Origin: Chiloscyllium plagiosum | Taxonomy: Eukaryota | Assembly (NCBI RefSeq): GCF_004010195.1 | Contig: NC_057734.1 | Span: 44,128,729 to 44,165,956 of the forward strand | Reading direction: 5' to 3' | DNA length: 37,228 nucleotides | Shown here: positions 1 to 10,000 of the stretch, piece by piece | How positions within the stretch are numbered: position 1 is the stretch's first letter | How the letters are laid out: each line of letters opens with the position of its first letter | Program-made: the position numbers and the translations under genes | The notes under the pieces: model-generated | Seen by the model: only the letters and a program-made list of their open reading frames with translations | Databases searched by the model: none | What the model was told of the DNA's origin: nothing

Positions 1-186
1 CCTGACCTGCTGTGCTGTTCCAGCAATAAAGTTTCAACTTTGATCTCCAGTATCTGCAGACCTCACTTTCTCCTCGAAGATTTCAACCTACTGCGAATCC
101 TCTTACAAGGATGCCTTCCTTGAAGAAGCTCTCTGCCTCTCTCTACAAAGATTTCAGTGAGTCCCTCTCTCACTGCACACCCCAGG
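1..186 (+). mobile_element. Penelope-like element terminal repeat plus probable start of its ORF (cut by window edge)
   Basis: CCTGACCTGCTGTGC..TTCCAGC..TGATCTCCAG.ATCTGCAG.CCTCACTTTCTCC motif shared with copies at 11971 and 27740, followed by a short frame MPSLKKLSASLYKDFSESLSHCTPQ. Confidence 0.5.
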
Positions 187-2350
187 CCCCAAAGTGCTCT
201 CCCACTGACACCTCAGTCACCTGCCCTGCCTTATTTCCCAAGGGTAGGTCAAGTTTTGCACCTTCTCTAATAGGTACATCCATGTACTGAATCAGGAAAT
301 TTTCTTGTACACACTAAACAAATTCCTCTCCATCTAAACCCTTAACATTATGGCAGTCCCAGTCTATGTTTGGAAAGTTAAAATCCCTGACCATAACCAC
401 CCCATTATTCTTACAGATAGCTGAGATCTCCTTACAAGTTTGTTTCTCAATTTTTCTCTGACTATTAGGGGGTCTATAATACAATCCCAATAAGGTGATC
501 AATCCCTTTCTTATTTCTCAGTTCCACCCAAATAACTTCCCTGGATGTATTTCTGGGAATATCCTCTCTCAGCACAGCTGTAGTGCTATCCCTTATCAAA
601 AATGCCACTCCCTCTCCTCTCTTGCCTCCCTTTCTGTCCTTCCTGTAGCTTTTGTATCCTGGAACATTAAGCTGCGAGTCCTGCCCATCTCTGAGCCATG
701 TTTCTGTAATTGCTATGAGATTCCAGTCCCATGTTCCTAACCATGCCCTGACTTCATCTGCCTTCCCCGTTAGGCCCCTTGTATTGAAATAAATGCAGTT
801 TAATTTATTAGTACTATCTTGTCCCTGCCTGCTCTGACTGTTTGACTCTCTTCTGTACTCAACTGTACCAGTTTCAGATTGATCTCTTTCCTTACTATCT
901 CCCTGAGCCCCACCTACCCCCCCACCTTGCTGATTTAAATCCTCCTGAGCAACTCTAGCAAATTTCCCTACCAATGTATTAGTCCCCTTCCAATTAAGGT
1001 GCAATCCGTCCTTCTTGTACAGGTCACTTCTACCCCAAAAGTAATTCCAATGATCCAAAAATATAAATCCTTCTCCCATACACCAGCTTCTCAGACATGC
1101 ATTCATCTGCTCTATCCTCCTATTCCTGTCCTCACTAGTTCATAGCACTGGGAGTATTCCAGATATTACTACTCTTGAGGATCTCCTTTTTAAATTCCTG
1201 CCTAACTCTTTGTAATCACCCTTCAGAATCTCAACCTTTTCCCTTCCTATGTCGTTGGTTCCAATGTGGAAATAACCTCTTGCTGGCCCCTCTCCCTCTT
1301 GAGAACATTCTCCATCCTCTCTGAGACATCCTTGATCCTGGCACCAGGGAAGCAGCACACCATTCTGATTTTTCGCTGCTGGCCGCAGAAACGTCTGCCT
1401 GTACCTCAGACTAGAGAATCCCCTAACACAATTGATCTCTTGGAACCCAACGTACCCCTCGTTGCATTAGAGCCAGTCCCAATACCAGAAACTTGTCTGT
1501 TCGTGCTATGTTCCCCTAAGAATCCATCACCCCCTACATTTTCCAAAACTGCATACTTGTTTGAAATGGGTATAGCCACAGACCACACCTGCACTAAGTG
1601 CCTCCCTCTCGTACCTTTCCTGGAGTTAAACCATCCATGTGACTAGATCTGAGACTGTCCCCCTTCCTATAACTGCCATCCATCACATACTGTTGCTGTT
1701 GCAAAGTTCTCATTGCTTCTAACTGTCTCTCCAACCGATCCATTCGATCTGATAAGATTCACAACCAACAGCATTTATTGCAGATATAATCTGCAGTAAC
1801 CCTTAAACTCTCTTTAAACTCCCACATCTGACAAGAAGTACATACTAAAGACCATTTTTTCTCCTTCACAATCTACAGACCCAGAAAATAACCTTGTCTT
1901 ATTCCTCTACAAAACACTGCCCCAGGTTAGATTAATAGTTACAGCTTATATTTTAAGTTTAATCAAGAGACATGTCTCAAAAAACATATAATCAAGAAAG
2001 AACGCACTCTACTCACTACTGCAGACTTTCTGTCAGCCACTTAAACCAATTAACTTATCCAATCTGTGCTGTGAACTTCACCCAAACAATTCCTCCAAGA
2101 TCAGTTGTGAATTTCACTGTTTGTTAATTTTCCCAGATGCTCTCTGATGTCCAGTGATACATGAATTTAAACAGCAAAGGCAGTACTGTGCCAGGTTCAC
2201 TCTGGTGTCAGTTTCTTTCTTTTTTCTCTGTCTCTCGCTCATGCACTGACCTCACCATATGCTTCCTTTGTCTGTTCTTCTCCCTTTTAAAACTCCTGTT
2301 GTTTTGACATTTTTTTCCCCAAAGTTCCAAAACAATGCTGCTCCTGCAAT
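187..2350 (-). mobile_element. CR1 LINE 5' portion: 5'UTR, frameshifted ORF1 (Zn finger, coiled coil, SGNH esterase) and ORF2 APE endonuclease
   Basis: ORF1 pieces CTSCQMW..YICNKC, LSDRMDRLERQL, IVLGDSLV, HIGTNDIG, VVISGILP, DGLHLN; ORF2 CIYFNTRGL, IAITETWL, YYRPPN, DFNFPNIDW. Confidence 0.88.
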
Positions 2351-2859
2351 TCGAGGAAATCACCTCCAGCACCTAAAATACCTCAAAAAAGGAGCCGTTG
2401 TTATAGCCAGAAATTTTTGCTGTCCTCCATCTTGGATGACCCAGAATTGTTTGGATGTGCAGGAAAATCCCTGCCAAATATGGAAGGATCCTTTGGAGGC
2501 TTGGATGGAGGTGAGGGGGAGGTGTGGGTGTAGGTTTCTCACCTCTTGCGGTGGCAAGGGATGGTGCATGTTGTCACCTCCAACTGTAATTCTCCCCACG
2601 AGTGGGCTGGCTACAAAATGGCAATCCTCTTGGCAGTGGTAGGATGCTAATTGTGAGTCATTGAGGAACTAAAAACCAGCATTTTCCTAGCAGCATGTGG
2701 ATCCGAGTGCCATTATCTGATCATATAAAGGCTTAAAAAAAAGGGTAATGGTCTAAAGTAGCACACGGCAAGCAAATACATTCATTTTGAGGTATTGGCC
2801 TTGCTGATTGATGCCTCAAGTGGTTTTATTTCTTGTTATGCTTTCATGTCTATGCCTGG

Positions 2860-3790
2860 GTTTCGCTGAAAAGACCAGCAATGACTGCCCATCTCCAACT
2901 GCCCATGAACTGAATGACTTACTGGGCCATTTCAGAGGACAGCAAGACTCAATCACATTGGTCTGGTGTCACGTGTTGGCCAAACCAGGAAAGGTTCACA
3001 GATTTTCTTCTTTAAGGGATATTACTAAACCACAGGGATTTGAAAACATTTGATAGTAGTTGTTGTGGTCACCGTTACTGAGGCCAGCTCCATAATCTAG
3101 ATGTTTAAATTAAACTGCACTTAATTCCTCAAGCTGCCATCTCATTTGAATGTGCACACACCCCAATGCATTACTCTGGGCCTTTGGAAGACTTGTCCAG
3201 CAATATTACCATGAGATTGCTGTCTTGTGGCATAGACTTTTGGCTTCATCTTCTCACTTTCTCTCACTTACTGATCCTTTACTTTCCCTTAGCTTGCTTT
3301 CCATTTCTATTTTATCCAGTCAGCTGGGCCAAAGTTGCTTGTTGCCCTGTCCAGGTGTTCAAATTGAGACAGACTGCAGTGTCCTGCCCTGACTGTTCAT
3401 TGAGGGTTTCCATCAGCCATTATATCTGGCGAGCACTGGTGAGCCCAATGTTTATTAGTCATCCTCATAAATAGAATGGTTTCTGAGACCGTTTCAGAGA
3501 TAATTGAAAGTTAAACACTTCCTATGGATTTGCAGTCATATGTCAGGCAGGACGGAGTAAGGATGGCAGATTTCCTTCCCTTAAGACCATTAGTGAGCCA
3601 CATGGGATTTAATGAGAAAGAATGACAGAATCCATCATCAGCAATGTTGAGACACACATTCAAATGTATTCATTGAGTTCAAATTCCATCAGCTGCTATT
3701 TGATTTGATTTGATGAAATTTGATTCCATGTCCCCAGCATCTTTGCCAAGGCCTTAAAGTTATTAATTCAATGACCTTATCATTATGTTG
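2860..3790 (-). mobile_element. Two decayed SINE copies (about 2860-3170 and 3470-3790)
   Basis: Reverse-complement similarity to the SINE at 5056-5320 (e.g. GATGGCAGATTTCCTTCCCTTAAG vs TAGGGAAGGAAACTGCC). Confidence 0.5.
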
Positions 3791-4074
3791 CCATCTCCAA
3801 AAGCTATCAGTTTTTTATTTCCACCACTTGGTCAGTGATGGCCAGCCCTCCTTTCAATGCCTCTGACTTAGAATTATAGAGTCATAGAATCAGAATAGCA
3901 TGTAAACAAACTCTATGTTTAAACTCATTAATGCCAACTATTTCCCAAACAAACTAGTCTCACTTGCCTGTGTTTGGCCCATACCTTCTTTGCTCTCTTG
4001 TGGCTGACTGCTATCCTCTGGCAAACACAAAGGCTGCCAACTATTGACCAACACGGGGAAAATTGGGAAGCTGT

Positions 4075-5320
4075 TGGCCTAATGGTGTTATTAATCTAAA
4101 CTTGGCAAATGGTGGAATTTGAACTCAATATTAATCTGAAATAATGTTCTGGAGTCATAGAGATGCGCAGCATGGAAACAGACCCTTCGGTCCAACCAGT
4201 CCATGTTGACCCAATATCCCAACCCAATCTAATCCCACCTGCCAGCACCCGGCCCATATCCCTCCAAACTCTTCCTATTCATATAGCCATCCAAATGCCT
4301 CTTCAATGTTGCAATTGTACCGGCATCCGCCACTTCCTCTGGCAGCTCATTCCATACACTTACCACCCTCTATGTAAAAAAGGTGCTCCATAGGTCACTT
4401 TTATATCTTTTCTCTCTCACCCTAAACCTATGCCCTCTAGTTCTGGACTCCCCGACTCCAGGGAAAAAACTTTGCCTATTTACCCTATCCATGCCCCTTG
4501 TAATTTTGTAAATCTCTATAAATTCACCCCTCAGCCTCCTACACTCCAGGGAAAACAGCCCTAGCCTGTTCAGCCTCTCCCTATAGCTCAAATCTTCCAA
4601 CCCTGGCAACATCCTTGTAAATCGTTTCTGAACCCAATCAAGTTTCACAACATCTTTCAGATAGGAAGGAGACCAGAATTGCATGCAATATTCCAACAGT
4701 GGCCTAACCAATGTCATGTACAGCTGCAACATGACCTCCCAACTCGTGTACTCAATACTCTGACCAATAAAGGAAAGCATATCAAATGCCTTCTTTACTA
4801 TCCTATCTATCTGCGATTCCACTTTCAAGGAGCTATGAACCTGCACTCCAAGGTCTCTTTGTTCAGCAACACTCCCTGGAACTTTACCATTACGTGTATA
4901 AGTCCTGCTGAGGTTTGCTTTCCCAAAATATAACATCTCACATTTATCTGAATTAAACTCCATCTGCCACTTCTCAGCCCATTGGCCCATCTGGTCAAGA
5001 TCCTGTTGTAGACTGAGGTAACCCTCTTTGCTGTCCACTATACCTCCAAGTCTGGTCCTCAGCTCAAATCTCAACTTGGCAAATGGTGGAATTTGAACTC
5101 AATATTAATCTGAAATTAAGGGTCTAATGATAAACATGGAATCACTGTCAATTGCTGGAAAACCCGATCCAGTCCACAAATATCACTTAGGGAAGGAAAC
5201 TGCCTTCCTTACCTGGAATAGCCTACAGCAATGTGGCTGACTCTTAATTAGCCTCTGAGTAATTAGGGATAGGCACTAAATGCTGGCCTAACTAGTGACA
5301 CCCACATCCAATGACTAAAA
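4075..5320 (+). mobile_element. SINE split by the 4153-5050 CR1 insertion
   Basis: tRNA-like head (GGCCTAATGG) at about 4077, body resumes at 5051, ends AAATGCTGGCCTAACTAGTGACACCCACATCCAATGACTAAAAA. Confidence 0.6.
4153..5050 (-). mobile_element. 5'-truncated CR1 LINE (RT C-terminus and 3'UTR)
   Basis: ORF 4370-5074: LQQDLD..WAEKWQMEFNSDKC, RDLGV, LVRPLLEYCMQFWSP, RTRGH; CTCTATGACTC-type tail at about 4153. Confidence 0.9.
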
Positions 5321-6542
5321 AATAGTTCCTGATATGCTAGAGATCTTCCAAGGTTGATGGATACTACAGTGCATGCTTACCCTTGGAAATGTGATTTCAA
5401 TTTGATGTGTTCCGTTTAAAACTTTTATGTGTGATACAATAACACAACATGCATCTTTTAATGGGCTATTTAACTGACAACTTTCATGCACCTTCTCTTG
5501 TCCTTTTACTTCTTTTATCAACTTGGAGATCACAAATGTTGATAGTTCCGTCAGTGTAATCTAACCATGATTCTAAACAAGTTGAAGAGAACCTTCTGTC
5601 ATTCCTCTAAGAAAACTTTTATATGGCCCTCCTCTGCTTTAAAATGTGCGGTATGTATTAACTGATGCTGGGTTTCAGTAAGAGGCAAGTTTGTGTCAAT
5701 GGGCCTGATAAAGAACTGTATGGAGTCAACACCCTGAAAGGCAAGTTGCCTGACACTGGTGGAAAATTCAACACTTTTGGAAAACTCACTTGGTCTTGAA
5801 CTAGAAACTACAGCATATTTAAAAAAATATTCTTTTTCCATTCAGTCATTCTGATTAAATAGCAAGGCAATCAAAAAGGATTGCCATTTTGGGATTGGGG
5901 AGTGTAAAGAAATGACCCATGTTTATCTTGCGCTGTTCACAGCTTTGGAACGTGGCCAGGTTTCATCGCCAATAAAATACTGTCTAACTGCGGCCTCAAC
6001 TCCACTTTGCCATCTATTCCCGACAACTATTCATTCCCCTTTATCTACCTCATGCTTAAAAATATTCAGTGATCCAGCCTGTCAGTGCTGTCTGGGGAAG
6101 AGAATTCCAAAAAATCTGAGATGACAAGTCCTCATTTTCGTCTCAAGTGGATGACCCCTTATTTTTACACTCTCTCCACTTAATGTCCCTCTCAAAATAA
6201 CATCTGCTCACTTCTCTCATTGTGGTGCTTGAACTCCCTTGAGACCCAATTTATTTTTAGAATGTCGAGAAGTCAATATTTAAATATGTGATTTTATTTC
6301 TCTGTATTTTTCACAACTGTCCAGCGGACGGGTTCCCTTGCAGGGAGTGGAGAAGGATGCCCAGGATAATATCACAAATCCAACAAACTCTTGCAAATCC
6401 ATAAGCTAACAAGAAAGCAGCAACTGTTGGAGGTACACACAGAAGTCAGTCGGTATCTGCCTGTCTGCCGTCCCTTTCTGACACTCTCCCTTTGAAATCC
6501 TTCGTGTTGCGAGCTATACAACATTTTGCGTACACACAGTAT

Positions 6543-6548
6543 TTTATT
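6543..6548 (-). terminator. Polyadenylation signal AATAAA of the IgL transcript
   Basis: AATAAA about 215 nt after the stop codon, followed by a GT-containing tract (CTGTGTGT) on the minus strand. Confidence 0.65.
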
Positions 6549-6762
6549 ATTTAATCAGGGCCAAAAATAAGACATTAATACAGTACACGGAAATACAATG
6601 ACGTTATTTTGCTTAAGGGTATGAGGGTCAAGCACCCTTTTCGAAAAGTTATCAACATTGTAAAAATTGCATGAAATTCATATCAAGGAACAGTGGAAAG
6701 TTATTTTTTTAACAATAATACAGAAAATATGTTTTTAACAATAAAGCATTTTAACATCTTCA

Positions 6763-7091
6763 TCACATGCAGCTTGATTTCCTGATGCTTTGCTCAAGTG
6801 TGGAGCTGAGGGTCTGGTGTTGCACTCCGCAGGAGTAAAGCTCGTGTGAGGTCCATTCAGAAGCTGACAGGGTGAGGTAACTGCTTACACTGTACGTCTG
6901 GTCAGAGTCCTGTAGGGTTGAGCTCGTCTGGACGCCGGTCTGCCTGACTTTGCCGTCCACACTCCACACCAACGTCACCGACTCCGGGTAGAAATGACTG
7001 ATCATGCACACCAGCGTCGCCTCGTTGGCTTTTGCAATCTGCTGTTCTGACGGGGGGAGGAGCAACACTGTGGGCTTCTTTGGCTGACGAC
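6763..7091 (-). CDS. IGL: IgL constant (C1-set) exon
   Basis: Acceptor TTTCATCTTTCGCTTCTAG|GT; PTVLLLPPS..EATLVCMISHFYP..WSVDG..YSVSSYLTLSASEW..YSCGVQH; penultimate Cys (SSCM*) for the heavy-light disulfide; tandem TGA TGA. Confidence 0.96.
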
Positions 7092-10000
7092 CTAGAAGCG
7101 AAAGATGAAAGACTGCTTATGCGTTCACATACACATCTGAATTATGAACTGTGTCAAACACTCACATTGAAACACCAAAGTGTATTTAATTCTGAGCTGC
7201 AGAGACGTGTACCCGCCAGAGGTTTATGTTTCTGTTAGCACATTCAAGGAACATGTAGAAAACCGAATTTCCTTAAACTGCATATAGAAAAAGAAGCCTT
7301 CTGTCACTTAATGTCTTGCTGGAGAAGGCCGGGAGGGTCTGGAAATATACTTCGGTTAAAAAAAGAGTTCATTTTGGGGAACTAGCTCTCAAAAATCCAA
7401 GTACATATGTGCACTGGTAAAGCGTCAGATTCTGGGAGGCTGCGTGTTGAGATCACTTCAGTATCAAACGCTGTGTCCCAGTAAAGTGGTGGTCATGACT
7501 TTCCACCATGAGGTGAAAGGAGGCCAATTCAAAATCAAGCCAAAATCATCAAGGCTCCGTTTGGTTGTGGCGCAGTGGCCGTGTCCCTCTCTCTTGAGGC
7601 TAGGGGACTCAGTTTCAAGTCCGAATCACTCGGGTAGTGTGTAATAAACTGACACTCTGCTTGCTGGCAATCAGGGAACAAAAGCTAGCGCAAAGTCCTT
7701 ATTTTAATTCAAAAACGGAAATTGCTGGGAAAACTCAGCAGGTCTGGCAGAACCAACGAAGGGCCGTTGGGACGTTAACTCTGCATTCTTTCCAAAGATA
7801 CTTCACACACTCGGAGTCCCTCGTACTCACCAGCTTTCCTAATAAACATCCCTTATGTATTTGTGTAGACAATTTCAAGCAGGAAATACGTCTATACCAC
7901 GAGAATGCTATTTTAAACTTGACTGCCCGCGCCGACAGAGACTGACTTGCATTGCGCTAGTAATGTGCACAGACTTCCACTGATATCAGTTTTCCCCAAT
8001 ATTGTACTTTTGACATACCCTTAGTCCGGTCGGCCTGAATTGATGTGAAACTAAACATTTGTAATATTTATTTCAACTCTACTTTATTGTGATGTGTGCT
8101 GATATCTGAGATCATTAATCAATTTTTAGGATAATTGGATAATAATGCTTCAGAATGGTGATGTAATCACAAATTATCTTCGAATTACAGGAGACTTGGC
8201 TTCTGGATATTCACACATGTCGGCAATTAAATGCGGTAAAGGGTAGCAACTAGAGTTCTGTGATGCAGTGCCCCGACCTCTGAGCCTGTGTCCAACTCCG
8301 GGGGTGTATAATCACACTTCCAAACAAAAATGATCTGCAACGGATTGCATCAATTCGACTTTTGACCCAATACAACCGAATATTATCAATATGAATAGTC
8401 CTTCACGAGGACTTTTAAATTGCTTTAGTTATATTTTAGATTGATTAACCCAGACATCACTCGATTGAATTGCGTTTACATCTATGAAAACTTCTGACTA
8501 CTTGACTACTAGCAATGACTGAACAAAGTTGGGCAGAGTTATCTAGAGGGAATCATCAGTTGTGTATGGCTATTCCTTTATCTAAGAGGTCCACGAGAAA
8601 ATTACTGAACACCTTTTCATACATACACCTGTAACTGTAGCAGAAACGTTTTAAAATTATTTGCGTTGACTAAGAGTACATGCTTTCAATTATCAGTTTT
8701 CCCTAGCGTGACGACTTTGACTCAGTAAATCCCAAACTACATTGTGCAATTTATCTTACTTTTACCAGTAAAATACGTTACCGGGATCACCATACCCATT
8801 TCAATCGGCTAGATGTTGCCAAATTCTGCGGAGGGCCCCGATTTTCCGGAGATTAGTCCCAAATTACAGCGGGAGAGAGGGGATGCCCCTGCGAGAGAGC
8901 CGCCCCCCCCTCATTCCCACGCACCCCCAACTTCCTCAGAAAGTCAGAATTGAATATGCCTCCACTACTGCCTCAGGCAGCACATATCCCCTGAACACAC
9001 CGTGTCTAAAATGTTCCTCCTCGCGTCACCCATGGTTCTTTCGCGTTTCACCGTTAATCTGTGTTGCTTGGTTTGTCATCATTCGAGCAATAGCAACGAT
9101 TTCTCCCAATGGATCCAGCCTAGACATTGTATGGTTCTCGACGTCCCCATCAAACCTTGTCAACTCCTCATTTTCTTTCAGGAGAACACTCTCTGCTGCT
9201 TCAATGAAACTGCCTTACTAAATCTCCTTAATAGTGGAGCCATTTTCACGTAAGGTTTCTTTGCTTATCACCCTCTAAAACCCCCACCATTCCTGCCAAC
9301 TTGATCCAAAAGCACCTGATATAGCCAGTTCAGTGTTTTATGAAAGTTGATAATAATTTCCTTGCTTTTGTCGATTTTCAAGCCCAGAATTCCGAAAAAC
9401 TTCTTTATATTAAAAAAAAATGCTCAGCCTGCCCTGTCTTTAAATATCCATCTTGTGTCTCTCTCTGTTTCTATGCCCCACTGTACATTACATCCACTGT
9501 TTCGTATTACTTCATCCTACTCCTCCTTACATGTAAAACTTCACACCTCCCTCCATTCACGGCCATCAGCCTTGTCAGACTTGAAATTTATCATTACCTT
9601 CCTCACAACTCACAACAGTCGCAAGCCTTTTCATCAGCCAAACGTTGAAAATGTGTCGAGTACACCAAAGTGTACTCTAAGTGTACACCAAGAGTACACC
9701 ACTTTATTCCTACAGATACAGTAAGCAACAATCTCAGGGGGACTGCACTGTATACACTCCTGAAGCCCAGAAAGTAACCCTTCACCGGAACTCAGTAGTC
9801 TGATGTCCAATTCACTCCCTGACCGCGCTGTTCCTTTTAGACCATGGGTTTCACTTTGGCAAGCCCATCATATCGGTGCCTGATTTTTCAAAAGGCCAGC
9901 ATATGTTGTCTGATAACAGAAACAGTTTAGTCCTGTTTCAAAATACGTGGGATACTATTTTGTTGAATTTGGAGCAAGGCCAGGCCGTTTCTGGGACCCG

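Noticed and set aside
6763-7068. Stand-alone 101-aa C-domain ORF
   Set aside because: It starts at an internal GTG; the exon begins at the acceptor at 7091 and splices to VJ.
7560-7625. tRNA gene
   Set aside because: Only decayed A/B boxes and no cloverleaf; it is a SINE head.
8809-9867. Possible hAT-type terminal inverted repeats (TAGATGTTGCCAA ... TTGGCAAGCCCA)
   Set aside because: Poor match, no target duplication, and the interior is better explained as decayed CR1.
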